Below, piece after piece: positions 1 through 10,153 of a stretch of 64,000 nt of DNA. The stretch is taken from the NCBI GenBank assembly GCA_019828565.1, contig JAHDYR010000048.1:1-64000 (forward strand). The letters run 5' to 3'. The position numbers were made by a program, and so were the translations under genes. The notes under the pieces are model-generated. The model was not told the DNA's origin, ran no database searches, and saw nothing but the letters and a program-made list of their open reading frames with translations. Origin of the DNA: Carpediemonas membranifera BICM (taxonomy: Eukaryota; Protista; Fornicata). Positions within the stretch are counted from its first letter, which is position 1. Every line of letters starts with the position of its first letter.

Positions 1-1320
1 TTCGTCGAGCTGTTGTTTGAGGCGAAGCGCGCTGGTAATGTTCTTAATGCAACAGGGCAGGCCTTTGTATTCGCCGAGACTCTCCGCCTAACAGTCATGC
101 ACGTGGTGCAGAAGAGGTTTGGCAGCGCGGATTGCTCAAAGGTCCCCGCTGTTCTCGTGGAGCGTTTCCCCGTCATCTCTTTGAGTTCCGCGCACGGCGT
201 TGTGGGTCACCTGACGCCAGTTGGCGAGTTTGGCGTGTTCGCAGGCCCGTTCCCCGATGGTTACAACTGGACGTGGACGTGTGATAATTCTGCGGAACTG
301 AACGTCGAACAGTTCGTCGAGATGCAATGGAGCTACGTCATCGCTACTGCACGCACGCTTAACACTCAGCTGTGTGATACCGCCTCCTGGAAGCTGTTCT
401 TCCCAACCAAGTTCTGTCCACAGGGCTGTGCAAAGGAGTGTGCGCGGATGGTCACCACCTCTAACTCATTCCTGTACTTCTACGAGGATGGCGACCATAA
501 CAAGCTGCTGGCCAAGTTCGACCGCCACAGCCTTGGGCGCGCTGACCCCTCGTCAGACTTCATGAGCAAACGTACCCAATTTTCTATGTTCCGTAAGATC
601 ATGGACCATGTATATTGCGAGTGCTCAAGTGAACCAGTGGGAGACGTGAGGGAGAAGCCCCCCCAGATTGTGTCCATACGCCCAGGTGCGCGGCATTGGA
701 ACCAGGTCACGCCCATCTCCGAAGATTCGCTCTCCTATTCACTCCAGCGTGATCTGACGTCGACTCACCGCTTTGACATCACCGCTCTGATCGGCGCGAT
801 CTCTTCCCACCCCAAGCTGTTCGTCCAAAACATGATCCAACAGCTCTGCAACATTTACTGTGATGATGTCTATGGCATCTGTTCCACGATTCTTCATCGC
901 GACGCACGTCTCTGCAACATCTGCGTCATCAACAAGCTGCCCGATGCTGACTTTACTTTCGCCCCCGACGCCGAGAAAGGGGACGTTGCGTTCCGCCTGA
1001 TTGACTGGGAGTGGATGCAAGTGTTTGGTGGCTTTCGCCTTGTCGATGGGGATGCAGAACAAGCCCGCCGATCCCCCAACAACGTCGACCATGTAACCTC
1101 CACTAGTTGCCAGCTGGCCCAGCTGATCGGCAGCATGGAGCATTACAATCATGTGAACAAGGTGGTAGGGATGGACAACGCTTTGACGTTGCTGGAGTCG
1201 TTGCAAGAGACCGTGACGACATTAGGTGAGACGATAAGAAAGGCAAGCTACGAAGAGAGACTCGCGAAGTTTACTTCGCACATTGACCAGTGGAGTGAGC
1301 AGAATCTGGCGAGAGAGTAA
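1..1320 (+). CDS. 5'-partial PD-(D/E)xK nuclease-like + atypical protein kinase protein (Crinkler/CR-effector-like), copy 1
   Basis: Frame is open from the window edge. FEAK at the start, kinase-like HRDARLCNI and LIDWE motifs near the C-terminus. Near-identical to 11692-13496. Confidence 0.7.
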   Translation, partial: FVELLFEAKRAGNVLNATGQAFVFAETLRLTVMHVVQKRFGSADCSKVPAVLVERFPVISLSSAHGVVGHLTPVGEFGVFAGPFPDGYNWTWTCDNSAELNVEQFVEMQWSYVIATARTLNTQLCDTASWKLFFPTKFCPQGCAKECARMVTTSNSFLYFYEDGDHNKLLAKFDRHSLGRADPSSDFMSKRTQFSMFRKIMDHVYCECSSEPVGDVREKPPQIVSIRPGARHWNQVTPISEDSLSYSLQRDLTSTHRFDITALIGAISSHPKLFVQNMIQQLCNIYCDDVYGICSTILHRDARLCNICVINKLPDADFTFAPDAEKGDVAFRLIDWEWMQVFGGFRLVDGDAEQARRSPNNVDHVTSTSCQLAQLIGSMEHYNHVNKVVGMDNALTLLESLQETVTTLGETIRKASYEERLAKFTSHIDQWSEQNLARE

Positions 1321-3945
1321 AAGGGACCGATGACCCGGGATTGTAACTGGCCCACGAGTCGAACGGAGTCTCTCACTCTGTGAGAGGCCCGCGACGTCGA
1401 CTTCCGAACTTCATAAGTGACGATTCAACGATGCAACACGCTGGCAAATGCATGTATTGCCGAGTGTATGCTGACCCGATAAGCCTCACACTTCCTGTTC
1501 CTCCCTTCAAACCGCATGAGCTCAGCCACTCAAAAACAAAATTTTAAGATGAAACTGTCCGAACCCCATAAACCACTCAAACAGATCCCTCAGCCGCTGT
1601 AATCAACGAATACACGTCCCCCAACCCCGAGTGGCTCACCCCCCAGTCATCGACCTCATTCTCGAGCTGCACCGCCTCCATCTCATCAAATATGTCCGCA
1701 AGTTCAGCAGTGTGGGTCGGAACCGTGAACAAACGGGTACCGTAGGTCGACCCAGTGAGGACTGCGGACGGCAGGGCACTCTGGACAACGTCGGCGATGA
1801 GATCAGTCTCCCCGGTACGCTCGGGACCAGTCACCACGAGTTTGTAGCCGAGCCCATAGTGTCTCTTAAGGTCCTCGGTTGGGGCCATACACTTCAACTT
1901 GCCGCCAACAAGGAAGGCAACGGATTTGCCGCAGACTTCGATTTCTTCCATCGAGGATGACGCGAGCAAGATCGTCGAGATACCGTTAGATTGTGCGATA
2001 TACCGCCAGATCCGCTGGCGGGTGACTGGGTCAACCCCGAACGTCGGCTGGTCGAGCAGCAGGACCGGGGGGTCCCCTAGTATGGCTAGGGCCACCATCA
2101 CAACCCTTTTTTTGAGCCGGGGTGAGCGTGCTCGTGGCAGAGTTCCGTATGGCGTGCATATCTAGAATATTGAGCACTTCGCTGATTCCATCAGCCAGGT
2201 CGCCCCCGACGAGACCCTTGATCCTTCCCACGAAGGCGAGATGCTCTCCTACAGTGAGCATTGGCCATAAATAGTCCTGCTGGGTGCACACCCCGATGGA
2301 CCTGTACACCGCCCGAGAGCCATTCGCCTTGGACCCAGCGACAGTAGCGGTTCCCTTCGGCTTAACCTGCGATGTGAGGACGTTGATGAGCGTGGATACA
2401 CCCACGCCCGGCGGGGCTAGCGAGGGCGAGGGTCGAGCCTCTGGGGATGACGAAGGAGACGTCGTCGAGGGCCTGTATGGTCTGGCCGAACTGCTGGCGG
2501 AACCTCTTGCTGATGTGTTTGACGACGATGCCGTCGGCGTCGTCGGGCATGGCTTCAGCTTGCATCCGCTGCTGCTGGACAGAGGGGTGTGGTAGGAGAG
2601 CGCCTGGGACAAGAGAGCGGCGTCTGGTACGAATAGCAGCAGGGGTGGCCTCTTCTTCGACCACTCTTGGGTCAATACGGTGAGTAATAAACCGGAAAAC
2701 GAAGACGAGGGAGCGGAGGCCGAAAGAGACCGTTAGCACGCGGTTGAAGCCCTTGGACGCGTAGAAGAACGCCGTCGTAACAAGTTCCGACAGCTTCCAG
2801 TCGATAATGAACCCGATGCAAAGCTGCACCGGCGTCGTACCAATAATCATGAGCACGAATGACCAGAACGGCCAGCCGACGGTGGTAAGGTATGCTCCGT
2901 TATGCCCAACTGTAGAGACGTCGGCGAGGATCTTGAGGGCTGCCTGGAGCGAGGCTGAGGGCAGTACAAGCGGAATAAGCTCTGTCGAAGAGAACTGGTC
3001 CGAGAGATACGAGACGATGCACGCCGATTCGTTGAGAACAATGGCGACAACTGTGCCTACGATGACGGCGACATGGACGTTTCTCAGCAGAGGCGCGATC
3101 ATCATGGCTGTGGAGGCAAGGTTGGCTGCAAAGGCCACGAATAGAACAAAATATAGGAAAAAAATTGTTCAGGGTGAAGAATCTGATGTCGAAAGCAAGG
3201 CCACTGATGATGATCGGGGTCAACGGGATGCACATGACACAAAAAGGCCACCCCGTAGTTAACTGTCCAATAAACTGTGCGACGTACACCAAGGATCGAC
3301 AAATGACGGCGCATTCCCAGAGAGATATCCGCAGCGAGGCCGACCAGGATGGAGGGCAGCGCCATATGCAGTGCCATACCAAGCGGCTCTACGAGAGAAA
3401 GTGCTGTGTAGTCAACGGCGGCCTCGTCCTCCTCCCCTGGGGTAGTCCGCGGTCGAGTGGGAGACGTATGAGAGGGCCGGGGAGACTGTCTGGAGCCAGG
3501 CGTTGGTCAGCATGTCATTCAGTGGGAGGAGGTGGGTGGATGAGAAGGAGCCCGCGCTGTTGGGCTGGGTAACGGTGTCGTTGACGAGGATCTTCACGTC
3601 AAGGCCGGTGGAGTCGGCCTTACTGAACACTACGGCACCCAGGGTCTCGTTGTGGTTGTCCCACGAGTCAAGGAAGAAGGTGTTTGCGGCAGCCTCAGAT
3701 GCGGGCACGAACCTGGGAGAAACAACCCCGTTGATAGTGGAATTCTCAATCCCTGCGAGAAAACCTGATGCACCGCTGTCGTCTAGCTTGCCTACATCGA
3801 CCCCTGCGTCCTCCGCATAGAAGACTGTGAATGGTTCAGGCTCGGAAGACTTTGGACTGTGAGCGGCGGCACTGACCTGAGACCAGCGCTGTGTCATATT
3901 GCTAGGTGTGGAATCAGCTTCAAAGTATACGTCGAAGTTCGTGCT
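1..3945. repeat. Segmental duplication unit A, copy 1 (copy 2 at 12178-16116)
   Basis: Near-identity read directly, offset about 12,177; differs by a few substitutions and homopolymer indels. Confidence 0.97.
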
Positions 3946-4113
3946 AAGGCTATCGGCGGATAGGTACACCAGGGCAACAACACCGACTGGTACGGCGAGG
4001 AGGGTGAAGATGGTGATGTACTTGCGCTTCCAGTGATTGATTAGGACAAAAAGATATGCGAAGCTCTGCAGTGTGAGCTCACCGACTAACGGTGGCGCAG
4101 ATACAAGCTTCAT
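1577..4113 (-). CDS. ABCA-family half transporter (one TM region + one degenerate NBD), copy 1, full-length but with several homopolymer frameshifts
   Basis: ORF pieces 3412-4143, 3102-3377, 2362-3138, 2031-2675 and 1577-2101 stitch into the 771-aa ORF of copy 2. Motifs IGVCTQQDYLWPMLTVGEHL and LLLDQPTFGVDP. Start could also be 4143. Confidence 0.85.
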
Positions 4114-4285
4114 GCTCCGACGCTGGGAAAAAATACATCCCATTTAGATCACAGATTCGCAGCAGGTAGAGAGTGAGCGGCGACCAAAGGGCGGGGCGGG
4201 GGCCTCTAGACTGGCCAGGGCGCCTACTATGCAGTTTTAGCCATGCGCAAAAAAAGCTAAACACGACGAAAGTAGCTGCAACCTA

Positions 4286-6004
4286 ATGCCGTGGGCAGAT
4301 CTCACCACTTCATGGGTAGATGCCTACTCTCAGATCATAAGCATCATTAACAAGGACACCGAGGAGACGCAGTACAACTCGTTCATCCTTGACAACCACA
4401 CTGCGCAGAGCCTCTCCATCTGTGTCTCACAGACTGAGATTCTCAAGGACTCTGTGTTCAGCAGCTATCACATCGACAAGATCCCTCAGGAAGACCTTAT
4501 TCATCTCCGTGCCATCGTTTTGATTCGCCCCACGCCCGAGAACCTCACACTCCTTCGCGGTGAGCTCACGAATCCGAAGTTCAAGGACTACTTCATCTTC
4601 TTCACCAACAGAGTGCCTGGGGAAGAGTACCTTGAGCGCCTGGCTCACGCTGACACGAAGGAGCTCGTCCGCTATGTCGGCGAGGTATACATCGACTTCA
4701 TGCCAGTCAACGACACTCTTTTCGACCTCGCAGTGCACCAGAAGAAGCTCAAGTACGATGGAGACGACCTCAAGGACATTGCTGAGCGCCTCTCCTCCGT
4801 TCTGATCGCACAGGGAAGGCGCCCTGTTATCCACTACATCGATGCGTGCGAACAGACCAAGCGTCTCGCAGTCCGGCTCGACTCCATCTTCCAGAGCCTT
4901 AAACTGCCCGACTCTGTTACTCTGCGACCATGCAACCTTGTCCTTGTTGACCGAGCCGAGGACCCCCTCACGCCGCTCACGGTGAACTGGACGTTCCAAG
5001 CTCTTGTCCACGAGGTGTGCACAGTCAGCGCCGGCCGGGCTATGAATGTTGCCAAGGAAGGAGAGCCCGTGGAGGCGGTGCCCTTTGCCTGGACGATGGA
5101 TGAGTATGCCAAGCTCGCGTTTCAGGACTACGGTGAGGCCAGTCGGATGATTGGGCAGATGTGTCGCACAAAGATCGACAACAGGCAGAGTGTGATGCAG
5201 CTCCAGGGGGCCGACCTGAGCGCTTATCGTAACTTTATCGACAAGATGCCGGAAACTCTTCGCTACGAGACTGCCGTCGATAACTACTTTAAGGTGCACG
5301 GCGCTCTCAACCCCGCGTTCAAGAAGAAATCGATGTATGAATGGAGTAGGTGGCAGCAAGACGTCCTGACTGGCGCCATGAAAGCCGGCTCAGCCACAGC
5401 CTCGTTCATCGCGAAACTCAACCCGGCCACTGAGGATAACTTGGAGATGGCACTCAAGGCGGCTGCCCTGTTTGCTGTGAAGTTCCAGAAGGGCGAAAGT
5501 GAGCCTCCACTCAAGGATGTGACCAAGCTCATGCGAGAGCTGTGCAACAGCGGTGTCAGTATCAGAGAGCTTGACTTCATCAGTAAGGCATTCAACTACG
5601 GGCAGAATAAGAACCGATTCCTAACGGGTGGCAAGAACTCACAACCCGTGTACCCGCCAGGCATGGTTGACAACGAGTTGATGAAGGCACCACCACTTCT
5701 TACTAAGCTCATGCAAGCCCTCGCCAGACACCAACAAGGCGACGTCCAGTGGATAAGAGGCAAGGGCGGGGCTGGCTTCTTCCAGACAATTAGGGATGAA
5801 GACACTGTCGACGGAGATGCATGTATCTTCATCCTAGGCGGCGTGACGTTCGCTGAGGCGGCGACGGCGAGGCTGTTTAACAGACAGCTGGGGTCGAGAC
5901 TCATGATTGGCGGTAATGTCGTGCATAACACTGACAGCTTCTGTGCCGCTCTGTCGCAGCTGCCAAACTCGGAAGCAGTGCACGTAGGGGAGTTGTTGGG
6001 ATGA
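4286..6004 (+). CDS. VPS45: Sec1/Munc18-family protein, Vps45-like
   Basis: LIRPTPENL..L..EL.NPKFKDYFIFFTN, LERLAHADTKELV..V.EVYIDF, DRAEDPLTPL..WTFQALVHE, FILGGVTFAEA, IGGNVVHN. Confidence 0.85.
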   Translation: MPWADLTTSWVDAYSQIISIINKDTEETQYNSFILDNHTAQSLSICVSQTEILKDSVFSSYHIDKIPQEDLIHLRAIVLIRPTPENLTLLRGELTNPKFKDYFIFFTNRVPGEEYLERLAHADTKELVRYVGEVYIDFMPVNDTLFDLAVHQKKLKYDGDDLKDIAERLSSVLIAQGRRPVIHYIDACEQTKRLAVRLDSIFQSLKLPDSVTLRPCNLVLVDRAEDPLTPLTVNWTFQALVHEVCTVSAGRAMNVAKEGEPVEAVPFAWTMDEYAKLAFQDYGEASRMIGQMCRTKIDNRQSVMQLQGADLSAYRNFIDKMPETLRYETAVDNYFKVHGALNPAFKKKSMYEWSRWQQDVLTGAMKAGSATASFIAKLNPATEDNLEMALKAAALFAVKFQKGESEPPLKDVTKLMRELCNSGVSIRELDFISKAFNYGQNKNRFLTGGKNSQPVYPPGMVDNELMKAPPLLTKLMQALARHQQGDVQWIRGKGGAGFFQTIRDEDTVDGDACIFILGGVTFAEAATARLFNRQLGSRLMIGGNVVHNTDSFCAALSQLPNSEAVHVGELLG

Positions 6005-6607
6005 GTAAAGGATATGCTCGGTTGGTGTTGTCGATGGCTGACGGCGGCGCAGTGTGGTTTTTGAAGGAGTCCACACCGAATTGCGCAGTATATATTTTAA
6101 AGCTACCGGGCACTCCTCCCCAAGTGTCCGGCCCCGACATGAGGCTGTCCCGGCACCCAAGATAAACGCTGACCCGCGATGATTGTACAATCCGCACTGT
6201 TGCGCAGTATAAAGTCTGGCTCGGCACGTTCATCCAGCCGAAGAAAGACCAATACGCTGACTACGATGCCATCGTTGTCACACTCAGTCACTCCAACCGG
6301 CAACCACAACACCACGCGAGTCGCCAGCCCGTGACCTAGTTGTGGGGGGACAAGAGATGTGCAATCACGGACATAGAGAGCTTCTCTGACCGCCAAGCTC
6401 TGTCAGTTCTCGCGATCGCACTAGTGGGCTGGCCCTTGAAAAAAGGCATTCGAGCTCCGCAAGGCACACCGCTTCCTCCACCTAGCCACGTCCGTAATTA
6501 ACCCCACATCTCCCCCTCCCACCGCCGCCACTCAGCGGAGCCAACGTGGAAGCGCCTTGGCTTAATTACATCTTATTACATCGCACACTTGCCATAAAAT
6601 GCACCAT

Positions 6608-8259
6608 TTACTGATCCTTCGAGAGGGCGCGCCCGGCCTTCAGCACCTCATCCACGAGCAGGAGCTGGGATGAGATCACAGCGGCGGACTGCACAAGCTG
6701 TACCTTCACGTTATAGTTGTCAACAACGCCCATCTCAACCGGGTTCATCGGCTTCCCGGTCTCGAGGTTGAGCCCAACGTGCACGGGCTTGCCGTCCTTG
6801 GTGCCGTCGCCGTAAGCCTCGAGGAGAGCGATCGTAGTCTCCTGGATGCCAAACCCAGCGTTCTTCGCTAGGGTCTTGGGAAGAACGAGTAGCGTGTCAG
6901 CAAAGACCTGCACGCCGACCTTCATGGGGCCCTCGACCTTCTTGTACTCGCGCATGAGGTGGTTGTGCATCTCCACCTCGATACCACCGGCACCTGCGAC
7001 AATGCAGCCGTCGGTGATGGCGTTCTTGACGGCACGGAGACCGTCGCGGACGGCATCCTTGATCTGGACAATCGTGTGCTTGTTAGGACCCTTGATGAGG
7101 ATCGTGCAGCTGTGGGGGTCGTGGACCTCGTCAATGAAGGTGAACTTATCGTCGCCGAGCTCCTCTTCCCATACGCTCCCCGCAAACCCGAGAACATCAG
7201 CGCTGAGGTCATCGAGGGAGTTAACTGCCTGGCCACCACAGGCGAGCTTGATGCGCTCCATGTTACGGCGCTTGGCGCGGCGGAGGGCCACGATGCCGTT
7301 GTCGGTGAGAGCAGACAGAGAGGGGCCGTCAATGCCCTTCTGGTTGATCACCATGAAGGATTCCTCGCTGTCGCCGATCACCTGCTTCTTGAGCTCGATA
7401 ATCTTGTTGACGCGCTCCTCGACGAATTGGCGCTCAGCAGCAGCAAGCTGGGCGCGCTGCTCGGGGTTGTTGTACGTCATGGTAGAGCTGTCCTCTGTCT
7501 TTTCGTATTCAAGAGAGACATTCATCGTCAAAATGTGAACGTTCTTCGACTTGGCTGAGCGGCCGGCCGTTCGGCTTCCGTGGTCGAGCACGAGGCCCCT
7601 GATGAGCTGGGTATCCATGTCACGGCCAGAAGGCATCGCCATGATCTCAACCATGTGAAGATCAATGGCCTTTCCCTCCTGGTGGATGGTCATGACAGCG
7701 TTGGTGACAATGTCGGCAAGGCTGTCGGCGAGACGGGGATGCAGCTTCGTGCGGAGGCTGGTGCGGGCAACCTTGATGAGCTCGTCGTAGATGGGCTCAA
7801 TCGGGATCTTGCAGGTCTTGATGAACTGAAGAACACTGTTCTTGGCGTGCTCAATGCCGTCCGTGATCACACGGGGGTGGGTGCCTTCGCGGAGGATGTA
7901 AGCCTCAGCCTGGTTAAGCACCTCGCTGATAAGAAGAATCGCAGCAGTTGTACCATCGCCAGCGATGTCGTCCTGAGCGGTTGCGGTACGCGCAATCAGA
8001 GACGCGGTGGGATGCTGAATCTGCATCTCGGAGAGAAGAGTGGCGCCATCCTTGGTAATCTTGATGTCACCAGCACCGGAAACAAGCATTTTCTGGGTTC
8101 CAGCGGGTCCGTAGTCTGGGTTAAAGGGCTGTGGAATAACAAACTGGAGCGAAGCACGTCGGAAAGGCCACGAGCGGCCATCATGTTAAAAGCAAGAGTA
8201 TGTCCGCGGCGTACAATTTCCGCTTTGGGGTTAATGCTCTGCAAGGCTCCTGAACTCAT
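6608..8259 (-). CDS. CCT6: Chaperonin CCT subunit zeta; one intron (8116-8144)
   Basis: After removing the 29-nt GT-AG intron the N-terminus reads ...[27 protein letters not shown]. Also GDGTT, LRRAKRRNMER, QIKDAVRDGLRAV. Confidence 0.96.
8116..8144 (-). other. 29-nt spliceosomal intron (CCT6)
   Basis: GTTTGT...TTAACCCAG; removal restores the frame and the conserved N-x-G-P-x-G-T motif. Confidence 0.93.
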
Positions 8260-8624
8260 TGGGCTGCAATTCTGCACGAATTTTCACGAAAAAATTATGC
8301 AGACATTTCGCCCTTGTACAGGCGAAGGAGATGACATGCAGAGATCTCGGCGTCAAATACATCTAACTAGACCATGCTCTGACTCGCCTGTAAGTAGTTT
8401 TTATATTCCGGCACGTCCACACTGAGGCCGAATGCCAGGATTGATCCGCGAGACGGCCTGCTTATCTTGCCAGCAGTTTCACTGGTGCCCAGAGACACGC
8501 CTGGATCACAGTTTGGCCGACTCTAGAGGAGCAACGCTCGTCCTCCAATCCTCTGAGCAACAGGAAAGTGCAGGCAAGTTTACTCGGGGCAGCAATGAAA
8601 GAAACGACCATCAACTCATCACCC

Positions 8625-8938
8625 TCATACTCCAAAGGGGGCTACGAAGTCGAGGGGGGACGATACGCCGGCCCGCTCTCTTGCGATGGTGGTGTAGCCA
8701 ACGGTGAAGCGCTCAACGAAGTTCTTGATCTCTGTATAAATGAGAAAAGGGTTGAATGGGGATACTAACGCTTCTTTTCCCTGTCTGAGAGCGTCGGTTT
8801 GTTCAAATTGACGTACTTCAGGAAAGCACGGTCAGTAACAGTCTGAACATACTCCTGGAAGAACTGGCGCTTCATCTCAGCAGAGAGACGCTCTACTTCC
8901 TTGCGTTCCTTCTGTACGCGCGTTGGGAGGAACTTCAT
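8625..8938 (-). CDS. Small Tim-like (Tim8/Tim13-type) intermembrane-space chaperone, 91 aa, no cysteines; intron 8732-8769
   Basis: Spliced product: MKFLPTRVQKERKEVERLSAEMKRQFFQEYVQTVTDRAFLKYVNLNKPTLSDREKKQIKNFVERFTVGYTTIARERAGVSSPLDFVAPFGV. Helix-loop-helix register matches small Tims (T.xCFxKC...LS..E..CxxNCVERF). Confidence 0.7.
8732..8769 (-). other. 38-nt spliceosomal intron (small Tim-like gene)
   Basis: GTTAGT...TTTATACAG; removes an in-frame stop and gives a 92-codon frame. Confidence 0.85.
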
Positions 8939-9022
8939 ATTGATGATGACGGCGGAGGACGCACGGAGAGTCGGCTCAAGTCTTGCCAAGGAACGCCTTG
9001 TGTTCAGGAGCTAGGCACGGTC

Positions 9023-9294
9023 ATGGATAGACGTCTTGGCTTGGACTGTCTCCCGCCGCACCCCAACACGGCCATTGAAGACAGGCATCACACCCGCCCG
9101 ACATCCACAGCGACAGAGAAGTCCATGCGGTCCCGGGGCCACGTGCAAGTCCCAGACTCGTGGTCAGTGAAGACCCTATGACACAGGGTCACAGTGACTG
9201 ACACCTGTGTAACTGCCACAAGCCATCCGATTCAACCACAAAGACGACGACCCGTCCTTATCCTGCACAAACACAGACGGACTGCGTCTCCCAT
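9023..9294 (+). ncRNA. Candidate RNase P RNA (RNase MRP RNA not excluded)
   Basis: Pairings in the expected order: P1 AGACGT(9029-34)/GCGTCT(9284-89) plus ATGG/CCAT; P2 TGGCTTG(9037-43)/CAAGCCA(9219-25); P3 CTGTC(9046-50)/GACAG(9112-16); CR-I AGAAGTCC(9117-24) pairing with CR-V ACAGACGGACT(9273-83); P12-like hairpin GTCAGT..GACCCT/AGGGTC..ACTGAC; UGNNA (TGTAA 9208-12). No long ORF in this gap. Confidence 0.6.
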
Positions 9295-9400
9295 CTCCTG
9301 CATCATTGGAGACCTTATGATCGCCACAGACCTTGCCAGTTATTGAGGTTCGACCGCAAAACTGCGCAGACTTTGTATCGCGTTATATCGAAAGTTCACA

Positions 9401-10153
9401 ATGACCATCAAGTATTTCAGTTTTGACGTGGAATGTGCCGCAACTGGCCCTGGCCACAATGATAGAGAGGCCTGCTCTGTATCTCTTGTCGATTTCGACG
9501 GCAAGACGCTGTTTTCAACTGCGATTAACATCGAAAGCACCATTCTCTCTCCGCTAACGCCCATTACGGGCATGACAGAGGACGATATCAAGAAAGGCAT
9601 CTCCTTCGACGATGCCAAGGAGAAGCTTGTCTCTTTTCTCGGACCCAACGCCGTCGTCGTCGGTCAAAGTATTGGAAACGATCTAGCGTACATGAAGCTG
9701 ACCCAGGGCATCGACTACCACAGTGCCATCGACATTGCCGAGGGATTCCAGATCCGCAACAAAAAGTACAACAATTTCGACCATTTCAGCCTTGCCAAGG
9801 AGGTATATGCGGCGTACGGAGTGGTTATGCATGTCGCTGGTCACACTCACGACCCTGACGAGGATGCCAGATACAGCATCCGTCTCTACCGCGACTACCT
9901 CCATGGAAGCAAGAAGCGGAACAGCCCGCAGACAAGAGCACTCAGGAGAAAGATGCAGCTCCACAACTGGCAGAAAACCTGGCCTGAAGAGCTGTCCACG
10001 CCCTGGGCTGGTGTCGAGGGCGTCTGCTCGTTCAAGTTCAATCCTTCCAAGTGTAGGTGCGGTCAGCCCTGCATCTACGAGAACGGCCTGATGACCCATG
10101 ATGAGTGGGAGGAGCGTCGTGTCGCTCGGGAGCTTGCTAATGCCGAGATTTGA
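9401..10153 (+). CDS. DEDDh 3'-5' exonuclease (REXO4/ISG20-like)
   Basis: FSFDVECAATG (ExoI), VGQSIGNDL (ExoII), HDPDEDA (ExoIII). Confidence 0.85.
   Translation: MTIKYFSFDVECAATGPGHNDREACSVSLVDFDGKTLFSTAINIESTILSPLTPITGMTEDDIKKGISFDDAKEKLVSFLGPNAVVVGQSIGNDLAYMKLTQGIDYHSAIDIAEGFQIRNKKYNNFDHFSLAKEVYAAYGVVMHVAGHTHDPDEDARYSIRLYRDYLHGSKKRNSPQTRALRRKMQLHNWQKTWPEELSTPWAGVEGVCSFKFNPSKCRCGQPCIYENGLMTHDEWEERRVARELANAEI

Noticed and set aside
556-578. Diversity-generating retroelement-type variable region
   Set aside because: Changes are not restricted to adenines and no reverse transcriptase is encoded in the window.
1577-4143. ABCA copy 1 as a true pseudogene or as several small genes
   Set aside because: The breaks (near 2110, 2400-2420, 3160, 3243, 3437) are mostly single-base differences in homopolymers relative to the open copy 2, which is typical of long-read error. 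The same applies to 12840 and 16413.
4427-5359. Long antisense or alternative-frame ORFs (also 7580-8425, 17673-18722, 25238-26260, 38425-39729, 46150-47061, 50190-51095)
   Set aside because: Shadows of GC3-rich genuine genes on the opposite strand; no recognisable motifs.
6005-6607. Possible small gene or ncRNA between VPS45 and CCT6
   Set aside because: Only short ORFs without motifs and no convincing RNA structure; left unannotated.
9113-9125. ACAGAGAAG resembling the U6 snRNA ACAGAGA box
   Set aside because: No following AGC triad or U6 internal stem-loop; the same bases fit the P3'/CR-I junction of RNase P RNA better.
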